Made by a program: the position numbers and the translations under genes | In this document: positions 50,654 through 59,123 of the stretch, in pieces | Position numbering within the stretch: position 1 is the first letter of the stretch | Layout: every line of letters begins with the position of its first letter | The notes under the pieces: generated by a model | The model's input: only the letters and a program-made list of their open reading frames with translations | What the model was told of the DNA's origin: nothing | The model's database searches: none | From: Lentimicrobiaceae bacterium | GTDB taxonomy: Bacteria > Bacteroidota > Bacteroidia > Bacteroidales > JAAYJT01 | Direction of reading: 5' to 3' | Assembly (NCBI GenBank): GCA_037445555.1 | Contig: JBBIKG010000009.1 | Location: 8,894-72,893 of the forward strand | Length of the DNA: 64,000 nucleotides

Positions 50654-52270
50654 TTAAAACATCAGCCATTTGTATACGAGAAAAGTCGTGTAGGGATACA
50701 CAGGGCGTTCCATCATGTTTCCGTTCACCGGATATCCTCTGCTGTTATCCCTGCTGTCGTAGAATTTTCCAAGCCAAAGGTAGGCTCCGTGAAGTTCGAG
50801 ACTCATAAAAGGACCGAAATTATAGCTAAGCGCGGCATTAAGCTCGGCACCCATGAAACGCCCTCCGCCATTGGGCGCCAGTGGACTGGAGGCAACTGCC
50901 AGGCCTGTTTTTGCGTTGATCCTGTGAGGAATAATATCGTAAGCTAAATTGGCAGTACCACCCAACAGGCCATAGCCCATATTTGACAGGTCCGAAATGG
51001 CCGGAGTATAGCGATTGACTACGTTTGCATGCGGAAATAGCAGATAACCGCCGGTTCCGACGAAAATGGTCGTAGGCATGCCCCAGTAATTACCGGTCAC
51101 AACGCCGGTATATTTGTTGTCGTCAAGACCATATTTGTCAGGCGAGGCAAAAATGAAATCCGCTGAAAAATAGTCGTTCAGCGTACGTCCATAACGATAG
51201 GCAGCCCTGATGTTGGCTCCCACTCCTGCTATATCAGCAGCTTTCTCGTAAGTGCCTTTCACATTTTTTCGTGCAGAACCGAGATTAACATTCACGAAAC
51301 CGGTAAGCTGAAAGGGGTCCAGCCAGAAGTCGGGATTGCGGCTGACAGTAGCTCCCAACCAAACAATATCGGCCCGATATTCACGCTGAAGCGGAAACAC
51401 ATATGCTCCGTTGTAAGTGGCTAGCAAACTTGTCAGCCCCTGACTGAAAACAGATACACCACCCTGGCCTTTGCCGCGGTCACGCACATAATACAACGAG
51501 GCTCCGGCATTCCAAAGCATACTGAGTTTTCTGTGATACACAAGTTCGGCCAGTGTCACATCATCATCAATCTCGGTATTGTTCTCATACAGGATGTAAT
51601 ACCCAGCCTTTGCTTTTTGCACATCGCCATCATAGCGGGCAGTGATGCCCACGGCGTCCGTGCCCCAATAGGCCAGCCTGTAGCCTGTAGTAGTCATCTT
51701 GTCGAACATGGTGCGATAGGGATTGTAAGGAGTGTCGAACAGTCGCTGTAACCCCAAATTAATGGCAAAATCCTTGGCAGGTATCAGTTCCAGTTCTATG
51801 TTCTGGGTCTGGATGTTCACGTTATCGGCATTGATGGCAGCTCCTTTGTTTCCGCCTATACCATAGTTTTGATCGCCCCAGGTCCAGTCAATTTCAAATG
51901 AAGCTCTGAGTAACGCCTTACCATTGAATAATTTTGGCTGGTAAATGAAAAAAGGGATGATCCGCTGTTCCACATAATTTGATACCATGGTGTCGGATGT
52001 GGCAGATGAGTTTCCTCCAAACAACCTCCCTACCAACTGCCCGTTGAAAAGGCTGGCTGAGGGGTATACATTCGTTCTCACCCCCTGGTTAATGAAGAAC
52101 GCCAGAAACTGGAACTCACGGTTCGCTCTGACATTGTATGGCAGGTCATGCGAAAATAACGTAAACCTGTTTCCGGCAGAGTACCCTTTATCCTCTCCGG
52201 TTTGGGCAATGACCGAAAGACCCACCATGCTCATCAGGAGGACAGCCGATAGATACAGTATTTTTTTCAT
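50654..52270 (-). CDS. outer-membrane beta-barrel protein, family not assigned
   Basis: Signal peptide ...LSVIAQ, pervasive alternating hydrophobic/aromatic beta-strand pattern, and the C-terminal ...LVYKWLMF (terminal Phe, an OMP signature). 538 aa. Confidence 0.55.
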   Translation of the reverse strand: MKKILYLSAVLLMSMVGLSVIAQTGEDKGYSAGNRFTLFSHDLPYNVRANREFQFLAFFINQGVRTNVYPSASLFNGQLVGRLFGGNSSATSDTMVSNYVEQRIIPFFIYQPKLFNGKALLRASFEIDWTWGDQNYGIGGNKGAAINADNVNIQTQNIELELIPAKDFAINLGLQRLFDTPYNPYRTMFDKMTTTGYRLAYWGTDAVGITARYDGDVQKAKAGYYILYENNTEIDDDVTLAELVYHRKLSMLWNAGASLYYVRDRGKGQGGVSVFSQGLTSLLATYNGAYVFPLQREYRADIVWLGATVSRNPDFWLDPFQLTGFVNVNLGSARKNVKGTYEKAADIAGVGANIRAAYRYGRTLNDYFSADFIFASPDKYGLDDNKYTGVVTGNYWGMPTTIFVGTGGYLLFPHANVVNRYTPAISDLSNMGYGLLGGTANLAYDIIPHRINAKTGLAVASSPLAPNGGGRFMGAELNAALSYNFGPFMSLELHGAYLWLGKFYDSRDNSRGYPVNGNMMERPVYPYTTFLVYKWLMF

Positions 52271-52287
52271 ATTCTATTGAGTTTAAT

Positions 52288-52329
52288 TGAAAAGGCAGAG
52301 CCATTCTTTCAACTGAATCGGCTCTGCCT
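52288..52329 (-). terminator. intercistronic hairpin (partial terminator/attenuator?) between the lipoprotein and barrel genes
   Basis: 10-bp stem AGGCAGAGCC / GGCTCTGCCT with a 17-nt loop. On the minus strand it is followed by TTTTCAATT. Confidence 0.45.
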
Positions 52330-52367
52330 CATTACATCTCTGATGAATTTTATTGCTAACGTAATTC

Positions 52368-53195
52368 TTAGTTGGTGCGTACAAATTTCTGGATATTGAT
52401 GGTGCCCAGTGTCCCCCCGTTTGAACTGCCAAAGCCTCCGGCTGGTGTTGGAGGAGTATTTTGAGTACCGGAAGTTTGAACTATTTCGTACCACAATACT
52501 TCCGGATTGGTCTTAATTTCAAAGATGCCCGCAGCCGTAGCTACATAGGGTTCGGCCTGGTTGATATCAATGGTCCATATATTTCCGACCACAGATTTAT
52601 TGATCTGATAGGTGCCTCTAAAGATCAGGTTCGGTGTGGTAGTTGTGTTACCAATGTTGAATTGGTTCACGATGTAGGTGTAGTCCGTTTTGAATTCGGC
52701 GGTGACTTTTGCCACGTTGAAATAGGTAACAAGAAGAGGAGCCACATTGGTTCCTTCACTGAGCCATTTACCCATGATGGCAAGTTCTTTGGTCGCTACG
52801 TTTGATTCAATGGACTGAGCTGCATCCATGGCCGCTCCGTCGGCATCATAAACCGATGTAGCCGAAGCAGGTTTAACCAAAAACTTGCTGTTTTCAGGAA
52901 CCACTGAAGTAATGGTAAGGGTGATTAGTGCTGTGTTGGTTCCGGCAGTATGTGTTACAATATAGGTAAACACTACGCCGGCAGGTGCTGTAACAGTAAG
53001 ATTGGAAGCCGATAACCCGCCGGTTTTGTTGGCACTGGCGTACACGTCCTCGGTAAAGAGTACTGTAAGGGTTTTGTTGTCTGCCGACAATGTAGCTGAC
53101 TTGAATTTCGGTGACTGATTTTCTTCAGTGCATGAAGAAAACCCAAGAACAAGAGCCATTAGAATGAAAAGTGGAAATAAAGGAATACGTTTCAT
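52368..53195 (-). CDS. lipoprotein with Ig-like N-domain and lipocalin-like C-domain
   Basis: Lipobox LGFSSC followed by acidic TEEN. The N-terminal half is Thr/Ala-rich beta strands. The C-terminal half has a GKWLSEG...GTYQI...WTIDI...GIFEI...LWYEIV pattern typical of lipocalin-like domains. Confidence 0.6.
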   Translation of the reverse strand: MKRIPLFPLFILMALVLGFSSCTEENQSPKFKSATLSADNKTLTVLFTEDVYASANKTGGLSASNLTVTAPAGVVFTYIVTHTAGTNTALITLTITSVVPENSKFLVKPASATSVYDADGAAMDAAQSIESNVATKELAIMGKWLSEGTNVAPLLVTYFNVAKVTAEFKTDYTYIVNQFNIGNTTTTPNLIFRGTYQINKSVVGNIWTIDINQAEPYVATAAGIFEIKTNPEVLWYEIVQTSGTQNTPPTPAGGFGSSNGGTLGTINIQKFVRTN

Positions 53196-53372
53196 AAAGT
53201 TAAGGGTTTAAGTGATTATCGTTTAAAGAATTAAAGATACATAACAATTACTGGATAGTGGCCTATGGGCAGCAATATTTTCAGGATTGACTTAATTGAT
53301 TTTTACAATAAGATAAATCTGTAACTAATTGATAATGAATTCTTAGGGTTGTGTATAAATACTATTGACTTG

Positions 53373-54407
53373 CTATCCTCCCCATCTTATTACATTTGCA
53401 CCCCAGGCGTATCCTATGCCGGCAGCCACCATCGATACCACCGTGCCTTCGGCCACCAACTTCTGTTGCACTGCCAGGTGAAGTGAAAGAATGGGGTCAA
53501 TCTGACCCAGGTGCCCATAGTGTTCAAGATAGATGGATTGATCTGCGCTAAGGCCTAGCTCGGTGACAAAACTTTGATACATCGAACGTTTAAAGTGGAG
53601 AGCAGCCAGGTATCCCAGCCTGTCTCTCGATATCCCTGATTTGATGAATGCCTTTTCAATACAGGTCATCCAGTTGTTCATCGAGACAAGGTTCAGGCGG
53701 CTTTTCATGTGTTTCTCATCAAATAATCGCAAAGACTTATATGCCAGGTGAACATTTTCAGCGTTGATAGGTTTCTCTGTACCGCCGTACTCTACCCCGG
53801 CATCGCGGGCCATCGTTCCATCTGTGATAATATGTGTGCCAAATAAAAGGTTCTTACCATGGTCTCTTTTAAGCAGGATGGCGCCTCCCCCTGCACCTAG
53901 GTTATACATAAAAGAAATGGAACTGTCGGTATAGTCGATAAAATCACCGTTACGATACCCCCCGGCAATCATTACTGTCTTGATTTCAGGGTCGGACAAC
54001 ATCATGTCTTTGGCTATTTTCATAGCGGCAACGGCAGAGCAGCAACGCTGCTGCAGGTCAATAGCCCAGGCATTGTCAGCCCCCAACCGCTGTTGGATAT
54101 ATATACCCGAGGTCGTCAGCGGATATTCTTTCCATTCTTCCCCGATGCAAAGTATCAGGTCGATTTCAGAAGGCTTCATGCCGCTGTTGCGCAGGCAATC
54201 AATAGCTGCCAGGGCACCCATTTCCTGCGTGCCGTCACCTGGTCCGGGTATGGCTTTTTCAACGATACCCAGTTTTTGCACAATAGCCTTCTCATCCCAT
54301 TTTCCGTCTGTGGCGTCGGCAATCTGGGCCGCACTCATGCGGGCAGACGGAATATATATTCCCGTAGATATAATCCCTACATTCTGCTGATCATCTGTTG
54401 ATTTCAT
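53373..54407 (-). CDS. KAS III (FabH)-fold protein, non-canonical active site (Cys / His / His)
   Basis: Hand-aligned to E. coli FabH: DLQQRCCSAV at Cys112, AALHFKRSM at His244, and HYGHLGQID at Asn274 (Asn replaced by His). The track start is TTG 54476. ATG 54407 is preferred. Confidence 0.72.
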   Translation of the reverse strand: MKSTDDQQNVGIISTGIYIPSARMSAAQIADATDGKWDEKAIVQKLGIVEKAIPGPGDGTQEMGALAAIDCLRNSGMKPSEIDLILCIGEEWKEYPLTTSGIYIQQRLGADNAWAIDLQQRCCSAVAAMKIAKDMMLSDPEIKTVMIAGGYRNGDFIDYTDSSISFMYNLGAGGGAILLKRDHGKNLLFGTHIITDGTMARDAGVEYGGTEKPINAENVHLAYKSLRLFDEKHMKSRLNLVSMNNWMTCIEKAFIKSGISRDRLGYLAALHFKRSMYQSFVTELGLSADQSIYLEHYGHLGQIDPILSLHLAVQQKLVAEGTVVSMVAAGIGYAWGANVIRWGG

Positions 54408-54423
54408 AACAAAGGATTCAGTA

Positions 54424-55431
54424 TCAGTACACAAATACACTTCCTCCAACGGCCAGCCCTGCCCCTGAAGCCACAAATATCACACGGTCGCCACGTCGTA
54501 TACGGCCTTCGCCCACGGCATGATGAAAGGCCATAGGTACGCATCCCGAACCCGTATAGCCATATTTGTCCATCACAGTAGTGGTTTTGCCCGGATCAGC
54601 GCCTAAAATTTCCATCACCCGTTTGATTACCGAGTGATTAATCTGTGTAAAAATATAGTGGTCAATCTGTTCTTTTTCAAGATGGTACTTCTGAAGAAGC
54701 TTTTCCACTACCATCGGCCAAAGACGTACATTGCGTTCGCCTGGAAGAGGCTTCAGGCTAAGAAGGCCCTGCCTGTTTTCGTCCAGTACCTTGAGGGTTA
54801 CTGGCTCATGTGTGCCTCCGGCGTACACGCCGATAAAGTCATGCTGTGTGCCGTCGGTTAACAATTGACTGCCGATGTAGTAAGAGCCTGAGCCTGTGTT
54901 TCTTTCCAGAACAACGGCTCCTGCGCCATCAGCAAAGATGGAGTAACCAAATGCATCATCTTTCCTCAGATAAGCGGGCATATTATACACACCAACCACC
55001 ACTGCATAGCGAATTGCTTCATCCGTGGCCATTATGCGGGCGACATTATCGAGGGCAATGGTAAAACTGGCACAGGATGCTGACACATCAAACGTCGATG
55101 CCCAGGTTTCCTTTCCCTGAAGCCTGCCCTGCAAAAGGATAGATGTGGCAGGAGTGATGTACTCAGGAGTGTCGGTGGCGACAATGATCAGATTCAGGTC
55201 TTCAGCGTTGATACCTGCATTACGCAAGGCCTGCTCAGCAGCAAAGGTGGCAAAATCTGCTGTGGTTTCATTCAGGTTGCGCAAATGAGCGATGTGCCGC
55301 GAATAGATACCTAGCTTACTTTCGAGTTTGGCGGCATCTATTTCAAGCCCTGTCAGCTGTTGAAGCTCTTTGTTGGGTATAGGGCTTCCTGGAGCGTAAA
55401 TCCCTGATCCTATGATTCTTACTGGTAACAT
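54424..55431 (-). CDS. KAS III (FabH)-fold protein, non-canonical active site (Cys / Thr / Tyr)
   Basis: FDVSASCASF at Cys112, IFADGAGAVVL conserved, IFTQINHSV where FabH has VPHQANLRI, and KYGYTGSGC where FabH has RHGNTSAAS. Confidence 0.75.
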   Translation of the reverse strand: MLPVRIIGSGIYAPGSPIPNKELQQLTGLEIDAAKLESKLGIYSRHIAHLRNLNETTADFATFAAEQALRNAGINAEDLNLIIVATDTPEYITPATSILLQGRLQGKETWASTFDVSASCASFTIALDNVARIMATDEAIRYAVVVGVYNMPAYLRKDDAFGYSIFADGAGAVVLERNTGSGSYYIGSQLLTDGTQHDFIGVYAGGTHEPVTLKVLDENRQGLLSLKPLPGERNVRLWPMVVEKLLQKYHLEKEQIDHYIFTQINHSVIKRVMEILGADPGKTTTVMDKYGYTGSGCVPMAFHHAVGEGRIRRGDRVIFVASGAGLAVGGSVFVY

Positions 55432-55440
55432 ATTTAAATT

Positions 55441-56751
55441 TTACAGATAACCTAGCCTTTGAGCCTGTTCTTTAAGGACATTACGAAAGTCGGGATGAGC
55501 TATGGAGATAAGTGCGAGGGTCCTCTCCTTAATGGTACGTCCTGTAAGGCGAACGCTTCCCCATTCGGTTACAATGTAATCAGTATTGCTGCGGTGCAGG
55601 GTTACGGCGGTTCCCTCAGGCAGCACAGGAACAATTGTCGAGATCTGGCCGTTGCGGGCGGTAGAGCGACAGGCTATAATCGATTTGCCTTGTCCGTCGG
55701 TACCTTCGATGGCACCGGCTGCTGTATCGGTTTGCCCTCCTGTACCCGAGTACTGTTCGGTGCCGATCGATTCGCTGGCTACCTGGCCGGTAAAATCAAT
55801 CATCAGGCAGGTATTGATCGAAACCATTTTCCTGTTTTGTTTGACGACACAGGGGTCATTCACATACTTGCCTCGCAGAAACTCCACCGCCATGTTGTTG
55901 TTGAGCCACTTGTAAAGTTTCTCGCTTCCCATGGCAAACGTACATATGAATTTGTCCTTATGTATAGACTTGTGCTTGTTGGTGATTACACCGGCTTCGT
56001 AAAGCTCCATCATGCTGTCAACAAACATTTCGGTATGTACCCCAAGGTCTTTTTTGTTTTTCAGCGACAGAGCGCAGGCATTCGGTATTTCCCCAATGCC
56101 AAGCTGAATGGTAGATCTGTCTTCCACCAGGTCAGCGATATACTGACCTATGCGCATGGCCGTTTCGTCAGGTGCCGGAGCCGGAAGGGTAGGAGGTGTT
56201 TGCGGGTATTCCACAAAATAATCCACCTCCGAGACATGCACATGGGTGTCGCCAAAGGTGCGCGGCAATTGTTCATTAACCTCCAGAACCACAATGTCTG
56301 CCGCCTCAAGAATGTCTTTTTCATAGGTGATGCCAAGCGAAAGCGAAACATAACCTTTTTCATCCGGAGGGGTACATGTGCCAAAAAACAGGTGGGGATT
56401 GCGTACTTTAAGACGGTCAGTGGCAGCTCGGTGCAACATGTTCGGAACGTATGTCACCGTACCCGTTTTTGCCTTCACAGCCTGACGTGAGCCACCGGCA
56501 TGAAACCAGCTGCACAGCTCGAAATGTCCCCTCATTTCGGGAAGAATGTAGAAATCATAGGGCTTGAGCGTCAGTACCGAGAACACTTTGACATTCTGAA
56601 CTCTTTCTTTAACAATATGAAACCTTGACATGCAACCCTGAGGTTCGCTCGCACATTGGGCTACTATTACATCGCTATCACTTCGTATCAGGCTTATGGC
56701 TTCGTCGATAGTGATAAGTTTACTTTTATAATGCGACTGAAAGGATCTCAT
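55441..56751 (-). CDS. acetyl-CoA hydrolase/transferase-family enzyme (4-hydroxybutyrate / butyryl-CoA:acetate CoA-transferase type)
   Basis: 436 aa with IQLGIGEIPNA, VHTEMF, SINTCLMIDFTGQVASESIG and GTGGQTD blocks. The start overlaps the symporter stop (TAATG). Confidence 0.85.
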   Translation of the reverse strand: MRSFQSHYKSKLITIDEAISLIRSDSDVIVAQCASEPQGCMSRFHIVKERVQNVKVFSVLTLKPYDFYILPEMRGHFELCSWFHAGGSRQAVKAKTGTVTYVPNMLHRAATDRLKVRNPHLFFGTCTPPDEKGYVSLSLGITYEKDILEAADIVVLEVNEQLPRTFGDTHVHVSEVDYFVEYPQTPPTLPAPAPDETAMRIGQYIADLVEDRSTIQLGIGEIPNACALSLKNKKDLGVHTEMFVDSMMELYEAGVITNKHKSIHKDKFICTFAMGSEKLYKWLNNNMAVEFLRGKYVNDPCVVKQNRKMVSINTCLMIDFTGQVASESIGTEQYSGTGGQTDTAAGAIEGTDGQGKSIIACRSTARNGQISTIVPVLPEGTAVTLHRSNTDYIVTEWGSVRLTGRTIKERTLALISIAHPDFRNVLKEQAQRLGYL

Positions 56752-58313
56752 TAGGTTTGATTTTGTTTGTAAGCGGAAATTCGGGTGGTTATCAGATGGA
56801 TAGTCAGGCTTACGGCTACAGAGATGACTATAGCCATCGCTGCTGCCATAGCCGGATTTTGGGTTGATCCTGAAAAATACCTGTCAGCACTGCCCAGACT
56901 TATGGTATTGCCTTTAATCAGCACCGGAAGAATGTAGTAAATGGTAAAATATACTGTCATGGCAGTCAGTGATCCTGCTACCGCTGTAATAATCCTTACA
57001 CTTCTGATGAAGATCCCGAATACGATAGGAATGAAACATATAGAGAAAAATGAATACACTCCGTTTTGAGCAAAAATGGCAACACTTAGATTAGGGCGCA
57101 GCAGCTGCTCGCGCGAAGCCAAAAATGCTGCCAGTGCCATACCCGCTATTACGATTCTGTTGATGAGGATATATTTATTTTCATTGTGGATATGGGCACC
57201 AAATAAAGGCCTGATGATATCGGAGGTTACGGTAGTGCTCAGGCTTTGTATAAGGCCTTCGATGGTGGATAACCCGGCACTTAAAAGGCCCATAATTACT
57301 ATAAGCCCTATAGCGACCGCCATCCAGCCTTGCGAGAATACTTTGATGACATAGGCTGGGATGATTCCATCTACACCAAGCGCCCTGCCATTGGCCATCA
57401 GACCGGGGAATGTTATGCGGGCGTAGAGGCCTGTAACTACCACCGAATAAAACAATGCCTGGATCAGTACTGCTGCGACAAGAAATTTATTGACATCCGC
57501 TTCGCGCTTAAGCAACAGGGACTTGGTGATAATATGAGGCTGGCAGACAACGGCAGCCCCCACAATCATCTGCACCATAATGATTTCGAAAAAACTCCTG
57601 AACAAAGGACTGTTACCGTTTACTGGCTGTGTAAGCATCGGGTCAATAGTCCTGAGTTTGTCAAAAAAGCTCAGAACACCATCCTTCAGATACTCATAGC
57701 CTGAACATAAAAGGATGATGGCAACAGCTACCATTACAAACGCCTGCACGGTATTGGTATAGACCATGGAATTCGCTCCGCCGAACATCATGTAGCTGAA
57801 AACAAATGTAACGACGGCCAGTAATACCCATATCTCGTTCAGATTCAACGCCTGGCTGAGCACTTTGGTGATTGCAACCAGTATCAGCACTATAAATGTC
57901 AACAGTAAGACAGATAGAAAGGCAATGAACAATTTATAGGATTTGCTGTCGTAGCGGCTGCCTATCCATCCGGCCAACGTCATTGCCTTCACGCTGCTTC
58001 CGAATTTCCTGAAACTTTTTGTCAGTACGATCAGTGAAATCAGAGATGCCAGCGGAAAAAACACGCCGAATGACAGCACGGCGCTAAGGCCGTAGTTTGC
58101 AATCAGTCCGGGGTTAATCACAAAGGTGGCGGCGCTGGTCATGGCGGCTGCCAGCGACAGCCCGACAAACCACGGCGAGAAGTTGATCGAGCCCAAAGCG
58201 TAGTCACTGATACTGCGGGTTCTCAATGCTCCTCTGACAACAAAAAACAAGATGGCCGTGGCATAGGCTATAATTAAAATCCATCCGCCGATGACCTGTT
58301 CAGGGGTTGCCAT
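56751..58313 (-). CDS. sodium:solute symporter (SSS) family transporter
   Basis: 520 aa with about 13 TM helices and an SSS-like pattern. The substrate is not assignable. Confidence 0.78.
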   Translation of the reverse strand: MATPEQVIGGWILIIAYATAILFFVVRGALRTRSISDYALGSINFSPWFVGLSLAAAMTSAATFVINPGLIANYGLSAVLSFGVFFPLASLISLIVLTKSFRKFGSSVKAMTLAGWIGSRYDSKSYKLFIAFLSVLLLTFIVLILVAITKVLSQALNLNEIWVLLAVVTFVFSYMMFGGANSMVYTNTVQAFVMVAVAIILLCSGYEYLKDGVLSFFDKLRTIDPMLTQPVNGNSPLFRSFFEIIMVQMIVGAAVVCQPHIITKSLLLKREADVNKFLVAAVLIQALFYSVVVTGLYARITFPGLMANGRALGVDGIIPAYVIKVFSQGWMAVAIGLIVIMGLLSAGLSTIEGLIQSLSTTVTSDIIRPLFGAHIHNENKYILINRIVIAGMALAAFLASREQLLRPNLSVAIFAQNGVYSFFSICFIPIVFGIFIRSVRIITAVAGSLTAMTVYFTIYYILPVLIKGNTISLGSADRYFSGSTQNPAMAAAMAIVISVAVSLTIHLITTRISAYKQNQT

Positions 58314-58370
58314 GTGATTTAGATTTGGTAGCTACAAAGGTCCGCAAATTCAGTTTAAGAAAAGGAGGCG

Positions 58371-59114
58371 CTAAATCGTTACTCCGCCATCCACACTCAG
58401 CACTGCACCGTTCACAAAAGCTGCTTCGCGGCTGGCCAGGTAAAGGTACGCAGCTGCTATTTCCTCGGGCTTTCCAAGACGCCCTGCCGGTGTTTTGTCT
58501 TTCATCGCTTGCAGAATATTTTCTGGCATCTTTGCCACCATTTCGGTTTCAATAAAACCGGGAGCCACGGCGTTGACGGTGATTCCTTTTCGTCCCAGTT
58601 CCTTTGCCAGGGTTTTGGTCATTCCGATCATTCCAGCCTTGGCAGCTACGTAGTTGGTTTGTCCAAAATTGCCATACAGCGCTACTACAGAAGAGGTATT
58701 GATGATCCTGCCGAAGTTTTTTTCCAACATATATCCTGCCACAACCCGTGTGCAGTTAAACACTCCGGTCAGGTCTACATCGATCACCTGCTGCCATAGG
58801 TCGGGGGTCATTTTTTTCAGAGTGCTGTCGCGGGTGATACCAGCATTGTTGATCAAAATATCGATTCGGCCGTATTTTGCGTAAACCTCAGCCGCAGCTT
58901 TTTCAACCATGTCGTACTTGGCTGTATTTACTCTCATGAATGCTGCTTCCATGCCTTGATGTAACAGTTCAGTGGCCAATGCCTGTCCCTTATCTTCATT
59001 AAGGTCCCAGATGACGACTTTAGCCCCTTCAGAGGCAAATAATTGCACGGCGGCTTTACCTATGCCATCGGCTCCGCCCGTGATGATGGCTACTTGTTCC
59101 AAGAGTTTTTTCAT
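58371..59114 (-). CDS. short-chain dehydrogenase/reductase, FabG / acetoacetyl-CoA reductase type
   Basis: TGGADGIGKA cofactor motif, NNAGI, and catalytic S...YVAAKAG. 247 aa. Confidence 0.88.
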   Translation of the reverse strand: MKKLLEQVAIITGGADGIGKAAVQLFASEGAKVVIWDLNEDKGQALATELLHQGMEAAFMRVNTAKYDMVEKAAAEVYAKYGRIDILINNAGITRDSTLKKMTPDLWQQVIDVDLTGVFNCTRVVAGYMLEKNFGRIINTSSVVALYGNFGQTNYVAAKAGMIGMTKTLAKELGRKGITVNAVAPGFIETEMVAKMPENILQAMKDKTPAGRLGKPEEIAAAYLYLASREAAFVNGAVLSVDGGVTI

Positions 59115-59123
59115 AGCTGTGAT

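Noticed and set aside
55459-56490. A 343-aa ORF antisense to the CoA-transferase gene. There are similar long antisense ORFs at 1949-2464, 6778-7323, 11168-11698, 14206-14787, 20134-20682, 34656-35174 and 47505-48050.
   Set aside because: Each lies wholly inside a strongly supported gene on the other strand. Their composition is low-complexity and Arg/Cys/His-rich, with no motifs. They are typical shadow ORFs produced by the codon bias of the real gene.
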